DNA of 64,000 nucleotides from Eledone cirrhosa (lineage: Eukaryota). A program made the translations under genes and the position numbers. The DNA lies in contig CAXHJY010000096.1 in assembly GCA_964016885.1 (NCBI GenBank), forward strand, positions 2,790,001-2,854,000, given 5' to 3'. Each line of letters opens with the position of its first letter. Within the stretch, counting starts at the first letter, position 1. Below, one piece after another: positions 55,951-64,000 of the stretch. The notes under the pieces were generated by a model. That model saw nothing but the letters and a program-made list of their open reading frames with translations. It had not been told where the DNA came from and did not search any database.

Positions 55951-58900
55951 AAAAAAAAATCAGGGGGAGATAATTTGTAAAAAAAATCAGGGGGAGATAA
56001 TTTGTAAAAAAAAATCAGGGGTAGATAAATTGTAAAAAAAAATCAGGGGGAGATAATTTGTAAAAAAAATCAGGGGGAGATAATTTGTAAAAAAAATGAA
56101 AGGGGAGATAATATCCAGCCGTCCAAGGGGAGATAATTTCCAGCCGTCCAAGGGGAGATAATTTCCAGCCGTCCAAGGGGAGATAATTTCCATCCTTCCA
56201 AGGGGATATAATTTCCAGCCGTCCAAGGGGAGATAATTTCCCGCCAGCCAAGGGAAGATAATTTTTAAAAAAATCAGGCGGAGATTGTAAAAAAAATCAG
56301 GGGGGAGATAATTTGTAAAAAAATCAGGGGGAGATAATTTGTAAAAAAAAATCAGGGGGAGATAATTTGTAAAAAAATTCAAGGGGAGATAATTTCCAGC
56401 CGTCCAAGGGGAGATAATTTTCAGCCGTCCAAGGGGAGATAATTTCCCGCCAGCCAAGGGAAGATAATATTCAAAAAAATCAGGCGGAGATAATTTGTAA
56501 AAAAAATCAGGGGGAGATAATTTGTAAAAAAATCAGGGGGAGATAATTTGTAAAAAAAAAAATCAGGGGGAGATAATTTGTAAAAAAAATCAGGGGGAGA
56601 TAATTTGTAAAAAAAAATCAGGGGTAGATAATTTGTAAAAAAAAATCAGGGGGAGATAATTTGTAAAAAAAAATCAGGGGGAGATAATTTGTAAAAAAAA
56701 TGAAAGGGGAGATAATATCCAGCCGTCCAAGGGGAGATAATTTCCAGCCGTCCAAGGAGAGGTAATTTCTAGCCGTCCAAGGGGAGATAATTTCCAGCCG
56801 TCCAAGGGGAGGTAATTTCCAGCCGTCCAAGGGGAGATAAATTAAAAAAAAAATCAGGCGGAGATAATTTGTAAAAAAAATCAAGGGGAGATAATTTGCA
56901 GCCGTCCAATGGGAGATAATTTTCAGTCGTCCAAGGAGAGGTAATTTCTAGCCGTCAAAGGGGAGATAATTTCCAGCCGTCCAAGGGGAGATAATTTCCA
57001 GCCGTCCAAGGGGAGATAATTTTTTTTTAAAAATCAGGCGGAGATAATTTGTAAAAAAAATCAGGGGGAGATAATTTGTAAACAAAATCAGGGGGAGATA
57101 ATTTGTAAAAAAAAATCAGGGGGAGATAATTTGTAAAAAAAATTAGGCGTAGATAATTTGTAAAAAAAAATCAGGGGGAGATAATTTGTAAAAAAAAATC
57201 AGGGGGAGATAATTTGTTTAAAAAATCAAGGGGAGATAATTTGCAGCCGTCCAAGGGGAGATAATTTTCAGCCGTCCAAGGAGAGGTAATTTCTAGCCGT
57301 TCAAGGGGAGATAATTTCCAGCCGTCCAAGGGGAGATAATTTCCAGCCGTCCAAGGGGAGATAATTTTTTTTTAAAAATCAGGCGGAGATAATTTGTAAA
57401 AAAAAATCAGGGGGAGATAATTCGTAAAAAAAAATCAGGGGGAGATAATTTGTAAAAAAAAATCAGGGGGAGATAATTTGTAAAAAAAATCAAGGGGAGA
57501 TAATTTCCAGCCGTCCAAGGGAAGATAATTTCCAGCCCTCCAAGGGGCTATAATTTCCAGCGTCCAAGGGGAGATAATTTCCAGCCAGCGAAGGGGAGAT
57601 AATTTTTAAAAAAAAATCATTGGGAGATTTGTAAAAAAAATCAGGGGGAGATAATTTGTAAAAAAAATCAAGGGGAGATAATTTCCAGCCGTCCAAGGGG
57701 AGGTAATATCTAGCCGTCCAAGGGTAGATAATTTCCAGCCGTCCAACGGGAGATAATTTCCAGCCGTCCAAGGGTAGATAATATCCAGCCGCCCAAGGAC
57801 ATATTTTCCAGCCGTCCAAGGAGAGGTAATTTCTAGCCGTCCAAGGGGAGATAATTTCCAGCCGTCCAAGGGTAGATAATATCCAGCCGTCCAAGGACAT
57901 ATTTTCCAGCCGTCCAAGGAGAGGTAATTTCTAGCCGTCCAAGGGGAGATAAATTCCAGCCTCCAAGGGGAGATAATTTCCAGCCAGCCAAGGGTAGATA
58001 ATTTGTAAAAAAATCAGGGGGAGATAATTTGTAAAAAAAATCAGGGGGAGATAATTTGTAAAAAAAAATCAGGGGGAGATAATTTGTAAAAAAAAATCAG
58101 GGGGAGATAATTTGCAAAAAAAATCAGGGGGAGATAATTTGTAAAAAAAAATCAGGGGTAGATAATTTGTAAAAAAAAATCAGGGGGAGATAATTTGTAA
58201 AAAAAAATCAGGGGGAGATAATTTGTAAAAAAAATCAAGGGGAGATAATTTCCAGCCGTCCAAGGAGAGATAATTTAAAAAAAAATCAGGCGGAGATAAT
58301 TTGTAAAAAAAAATCAGGGGGAGATAATTTGTAAAAAAAAATCAGGGGGAGATAATTTGTAAAAAAAAATCAGGGGGAGATAATTTGTAAAAAAAATCAG
58401 GAGGAGATAATTTGTAAAAAAAATCAAGGGGAGATAATTTCCAGCCGTCCAAGGAGAGATAATTTTAAAAAAAATCAGGCGGAGATAATTTGTAAAAAAA
58501 AATCAGGGGGAGATAATTTGTAAAAAAAAATCAGGGGGAGATAATTTGTAAAAAAAATCAAGGGGAGATAATTTCCAGCCGTCCAAGGGGAGATAATTTT
58601 CAGCCGTCCAAGGGGAGATAATTTCCCGCCAGCCAAGGGAAGATAATATTCAAAAAAATCAGGCGGAGATAATTTGTAAAAAAAATCAGGGGGAGATAAT
58701 TTGTAAAAAAATCAGGGGGAGATAATTTGTAAAAAAAAAAATCAGGGGGAGATAATTTTTAAAAAAAATCAGGGGGAGATAATTTGTAAAAAAAAATCAG
58801 GGGTAGATAATTTGTAAAAAAAAATCAGGGGGAGATAATTTGTAAAAAAAAATCAGGGGGAGATAATTTGTAAAAAAAATGAAAGGGGAGATAATATCCA

Positions 58901-61900
58901 GCCGTCCAAGGGGAGATAATTTCCAGCCGTCCAAGGGGAGATAATTTCCAGCCGTCCAAGGGGAGATAATTTCCATCCTTCCAAGGGGATATAATTTCCA
59001 GCCGTCCAAGGGGAGATAATTTCCATCCTTCCAAGGGGATATAATTTCCAGCCGTCCAAGGGGAGATAATTTTCAGCCGTCCAAGGAGAGGTAATTTCTA
59101 GCCGTCCAAGGAGAGATAATTTCCAGCCGTCCAAGGGGAGATAATTTCCAGCCGTCCAAGGGGAGATAATTTCCAGCCGTCCAAGGAGACATATTTTCCA
59201 GCCGTCCAAGGAGAGGTAATTCCTAGCCGTCCAAGGGGAGATAAATTCCAGCCTCCAAGGGGAGATAATTTCCAGCCAGCCAAGGGGAGATAATTTGTAA
59301 AAAAAATCAGGGGGAGATAATTTGTAAAAAAAATCAGGGGGAGATAATTTGTAAAAAAAAATCAGGGGGAGATAATTTGTAAAAAATAATCAGGGGGAGA
59401 TAATTTGTAAAAAAAATCAAGGGGAGATAATTTCCAGCCGTCCAAGGGGAGATAATTTTCAGCCGTCCAAGGGGAGATAATTTCCCGCCAGCCAAGGGAA
59501 GATAATATTTGAAAAAATCAGGCGGAGATAATTTGTAAAAAAAATCAGGGGGAGATAATTTGTAAAAAAATCAGGGGGAGATAATTTGTAAAAAAAAAAT
59601 CAGGGGGAGATAATTTGTAAAAAGAATCAGGGGGAGATAATTTGTAAAAAAAAATCAGGGGTAGATAAATTGTAAAAAAAAATCAGGGGGAGATAATTTG
59701 TAAAAAAAATCAGGGGGAGATAATTTGTAAAAAAAATGAAAGGGGAGATAATATCCAGCCGTCCAAGGGGAGATAATTTCCAGCCGTCCAAGGGGAGATA
59801 ATTTCCAGCCGTCCAAGGGGAGATAATTTCCATCCTTCCAAGGGGATATAATTTCCAGCCGTCCAAGGGGAGATAATTTCCCGCCAGCCAAGGGAAGATA
59901 ATTTTTAAAAAAATCAGGCGGAGATTGTAAAAAAAATCAGGGGGGAGATAATTTGTAAAAAAATCAGGGGGAGATAATTTGTAAAAAAAAATCAGGGGGA
60001 GATAATTTGTAAAAAATAATCAGGGGGAGATAATTTGTAAAAAAAAATCAAGGGGAGATAATTTCCAGCCGTCCAAGGGGAGATAATTTCCCGCCAGCCA
60101 AGGGAAGATAATATTTAAAAAAATTAGGCGGAGATAATTTGTAAAAAAAATCAGGGGGAGATAATTTGTAAAAAAATCAGGGGGAGATAATTTGTAAAAA
60201 AAATCAGGGGGAGATAATTTGTAAAAAAATTCATGGGGAGATAATTTGTAAAAAAAAATCAGGGGTAGATAATTTGTAAAAAAAAATCAGGGGGAGATAA
60301 TTTGTAAAAAAAAATCAGGGGGAGATAATTTGTAAAAAAAATCAAGGGGAGATAATTTCCAGCCGTCCAAGGGGAGATAATTTTCAGCCGTCCAAGGAGA
60401 GGTAATTTCTAGCCGTCCAAGGGGAGATAATTTCCAGCCGTCCAAGGGGAGGTAATTTCCAGCCGTCCAAGGGGAGATAATTTAAAAAAAAAAATCAGGC
60501 GGAGATAATTTGTAAAAAAAATCAAGGGGAGATAATTTGCAGCCGTCCAAGGGGAGATAATTTTCAGTCGTCCAAGGAGAGGTAATTTCTAGCCGTCCAA
60601 GGGGAGATAATTACCAGCCGTCCAAGGGGAGATAATTTCCAGCCGTCCAAGGGGAGATAATTTTTTTTAAAAAATCAGGCGGAGATAATTTGTAAAAAAA
60701 ATCAGGGGGAGATAATTTGTAAACAAAATCAGGGGGAGATAATTTGTAAAAAAAAATCAGGGGGAGATAATTTGTAAAAAAAATCATGGAGAGATAATTT
60801 CCAGCCGTCCAAGGTGAGATAATTTCCAGCCGTCCAAGGAGACATATTTTCCAGCCGTCCAAGGCGAGGTAATTTCTAGCCGTCCAAGGGGAGATAAATT
60901 CCAGCCTCCAAGGGGAGATAATTTCCAGCCAGCCAAGTGGAGATAATTTGTAAAAAAATCAGGGGGAGATAATTTGTAAAAAATATCAGGGAGATAATTT
61001 GTAAAAAAAAATCAGGGGGAGATAATTTGTAAAAAAAATCAGGGGGAGATAATTTGTAAAAAAAAATCAGGGGGAGATAATTTGTAAAAAAAATCAAGGG
61101 GAGATAATTTCCAGCCGTCCAAGGGGAGATAATTTTCAGCCGTCCAAGGGGAGATAATTTCCCGCCAGCCAAGGGAAGATAATATTTAAAAAAATCAGGC
61201 GGAGATAATTTGTAAAAAAAATCAGGGGGAGATAATTTGTAAAAAAATCAGGGGGAGATAATTTGTAAAAAAAAAATCAGCGGGAGATAATTTGTAAAAA
61301 AAATCAGGGGGAGATAATTTGTAAAAAAAATCAAGGGGAGATAATTTCCAGCCGTCCAAGGGGAGATAATTTTCAGCCGTCCAAGGGGAGATAATTTGTA
61401 AAAAAAATCAAGGGGAGATAATTTCCAGCCGTCCAAGGGGAGATAATTTCCCGCCAGCCAAGGGAAGATAATATTTAAAAAAATCAGGCGGAGATAATTT
61501 GTAAAAAAAATCAGGGGGAGATAATTTGTAAAAAAATCAGGGGGAGATAATTTGTAAAAAAAAAATCAGGGGGAGATAATTTGTAAAAAAAATCAGGGGG
61601 AGATAATTTGTAAAAAAAAATCAGGGGTAGATAAATTGTAAAAAAAAATCAGGGGGAGATAATTTGTAAAAAAAATCAGGGGGAGATAATTTGTAAAAAA
61701 AATGAAAGGGGAGATAATATCCAGCCGTCCAAGGGGAGATAATTTCCAGCCGTCCAAGGGGAGATAATTTCCAGCCGTCCAAGGGGAGATAATTTCCATC
61801 CTTCCAAGGGGATATAATTTCCAGCCGTCCAAGGGGAGATAATTTCCCGCCAGCCAAGGGAAGATAATTTTTAAAAAAATCAGGCGGAGATTGTAAAAAA

Positions 61901-64000
61901 AATCAGGGGGGAGATAATTTGTAAAAAAATCAGGGGGAGATAATTTGTAAAAAAAAATCAGGGGGAGATAATTTGTAAAAAAATTCAAGGGGAGATAATT
62001 TCCAGCCGTCCAAGGGGAGATAATTTCCCGCCAGCCAAGGGAAGATAATATTTAAAAAAATTAGGCGGAGATAATTTGTAAAAAAAATCAGGGGGAGATA
62101 ATTTGTAAAAAAATCAGGGGGAGATAATTTGTAAAAAAAATCAGGGGGAGATAATTTGTAAAAAAAATCATGGGGAGATAATTTGTAAAAAAAAATCAGG
62201 GGTAGATAATTTGTAAAAAAAAATCAGGGGGAGATAATTTGTAAAAAAAAATCAGGGGGAGATAATTTGTAAAAAAAATCAAGGGGAGATAATATCCAGC
62301 CGTCCAAGGAGAGATAATTTTAAAAAAAAATGAGGCGGAGATAATTTGTAAAAAAAAAATCAGGGGGAGTTAATTTGTAAAAAAAAATGAGGGGGAGTTA
62401 ATTTGTAAAAAAAATCAAGGGGAGATAATTTCCAGCCGTCCAAGGGGAGATAATTTTCAGCCGTCCAAGGAGAGGTAATTTCTAGCCGTCCAAGGGGAGA
62501 TAATTTCCAGCCGTCCAAGGGGAGGTAATTTCCAGCCGTCCAAGGGGAGATAAATTAAAAAAAAAATCAGGCGGAGATAATTTGTAAAAAAAATCAAGGG
62601 GAGATAATTTGCAGCCGTCCAATGGGAGATAATTTTCAGTCGTCCAAGGAGAGGTAATTTCTAGCCGTCAAAGGGGAGATAATTTCCAGCCGTCCAAGGG
62701 GAGATAATTTCCAGCCGTCCAAGGGGAGATAATTTTTTTTTAAAAATCAGGCGGAGATAATTTGTAAAAAAAATCAGGGGGAGATAATTTGTAAACAAAA
62801 TCAGGGGGAGATAATTTGTAAAAAAAAATCAGGGGGAGATAATTTGTAAAAAAAATTAGGCGTAGATAATTTGTAAAAAAAAATCAGGGGGAGATAATTT
62901 GTAAAAAAAAATCAGGGGGAGATAATTTGTTTAAAAAATCAAGGGGAGATAATTTGCAGCCGTCCAAGGGGAGATAATTTTCAGCCGTCCAAGGAGAGGT
63001 AATTTCTAGCCGTTCAAGGGGAGATAATTTCCAGCCGTCCAAGGGGAGATAATTTCCAGCCGTCCAAGGGGAGATAATTTTTTTTTAAAAATCAGGCGGA
63101 GATAATTTGTAAAAAAAAATCAGGGGGAGATAATTCGTAAAAAAAAATCAGGGGGAGATAATTTGTAAAAAAAAATCAGGGGGAGATAATTTGTAAAAAA
63201 AATCAAGGGGAGATAATTTCCAGCCGTCCAAGGGAAGATAATTTCCAGCCCTCCAAGGGGCTATAATTTCCAGCGTCCAAGGGGAGATAATTTCCAGCCA
63301 GCGAAGGGGAGATAATTTTTAAAAAAAAATCATTGGGAGATTTGTAAAAAAAATCAGGGGGAGATAATTTGTAAAAAAAATCAAGGGGAGATAATTTCCA
63401 GCCGTCCAAGGGGAGGTAATATCTAGCCGTCCAAGGGTAGATAATTTCCAGCCGTCCAACGGGAGATAATTTCCAGCCGTCCAAGGGTAGATAATATCCA
63501 GCCGCCCAAGGACATATTTTCCAGCCGTCCAAGGAGAGGTAATTTCTAGCCGTCCAAGGGGAGATAATTTCCAGCCGTCCAAGGGTAGATAATATCCAGC
63601 CGTCCAAGGACATATTTTCCAGCCGTCCAAGGAGAGGTAATTTCTAGCCGTCCAAGGGGAGATAAATTCCAGCCTCCAAGGGGAGATAATTTCCAGCCAG
63701 CCAAGGGTAGATAATTTGTAAAAAAATCAGGGGGAGATAATTTGTAAAAAAAATCAGGGGGAGATAATTTGTAAAAAAAAATCAGGGGGAGATAATTTGT
63801 AAAAAAAAATTAGGGGGAGATAATTTGCAAAAAAAATCAGGGGGAGATAATTTGTAAAAAAAAATCAGGGGTAGATAATTTGTAAAAAAAAATCAGGGGG
63901 AGATAATTTGTAAAAAAAAATCAGGGGGAGATAATTTGTAAAAAAAATCAAGGGGAGATAATTTCCAGCCGTCCAAGGAGAGATAATTTAAAAAAAAATC
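53850..64000 (+). repeat. Higher-order duplication, offset ~5.6-5.7 kb, truncated by the window end
   Basis: ORF offsets are 54049/59627 (5578), 55270/60876, 55642/61248 and 56015/61621 (5606), and 57490/63203 (5713). Shared private variants GCCGTCAAAGGGG (~56.95/62.66 kb) and CCAGCCAAGGGTAG (~57.99/63.70 kb). Confidence 0.88.

Larger units (their letters stand above)
1..64000 (+). repeat. Composite two-monomer tandem satellite array (25-bp and ~27-bp units sharing the core GGGGAGATAATTT), running off both window ends
   Basis: Every line consists of GGGGAGATAATTT or a close variant followed by either GT(A)nTCA or CCAGCCGTCCAA. Orientation is the same throughout and I saw no non-repeat segment. 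Confidence 0.99.

Noticed and set aside
184-63630. Numerous short minus-strand ORFs (LEIISPWTAGNYLPLDGWKLSPLGR and FYKLSPPDF repeats)
   Set aside because: They are translations of the satellite. The 25-bp unit cycles through three stop-free frames on the minus strand, while the plus strand has TAA in nearly every core. Most starts are TTG from CCAA, the ORFs overlap in different frames, and A-tract length changes shift frames freely, so there is no sign of coding constraint.
1-64000. CRISPR-like repeat-spacer array (constant core plus variable tail)
   Set aside because: The constant part is only ~14 bp, the tails are ~11-14 bp of just two recurring types rather than unique spacers, and there is no leader or cas gene.
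1-64000. Telomerase-type telomeric repeat
   Set aside because: G runs are present, but two interleaved 25/27-bp units with kb-scale higher-order duplications over more than 64 kb fit recombination-driven satellite evolution rather than templated addition. A subtelomeric location is not excluded.
1-64000. Pure sequencing or assembly artefact, or synthetic concatemer
   Set aside because: Nested, phylogenetically consistent private variants and reproducible homopolymer patterns indicate a real evolved array, although individual duplications still need read support.

Overview
The whole 64 kb window is one uninterrupted, head-to-tail, single-orientation tandem satellite array of roughly 2,400-2,500 short monomers. 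I see no unique sequence, transposon insertion, RNA gene or credible protein-coding gene. Two related monomers share the core RGGGGAGATAATTT. Type A is CAGGGGGAGATAATTTGT(A)7-11T (26-30 bp, mostly 27-28), and type B is CAAGGGGAGATAATTTCCAGCCGTC (25 bp). They alternate as blocks (about 1-11 A units, about 1-16 B units) with stereotyped junction monomers. Recurrent variant monomers define modules of a few hundred bp, which are shuffled into higher-order repeats with several different periods (about 0.74, 3.47, 3.51, 4.0, 4.6, 5.6-5.7 and 11.8-12.1 kb). The two ends of the window share private variants that I did not find in the middle. All listed ORFs are minus-strand translations of the repeat and are treated as artefacts. 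The architecture is most consistent with a eukaryotic heterochromatic (centromeric, pericentromeric or subtelomeric) satellite. I cannot assign the organism or a named family from the sequence alone. All periods and marker counts were read by eye and from the ORF-track offsets, not computed.
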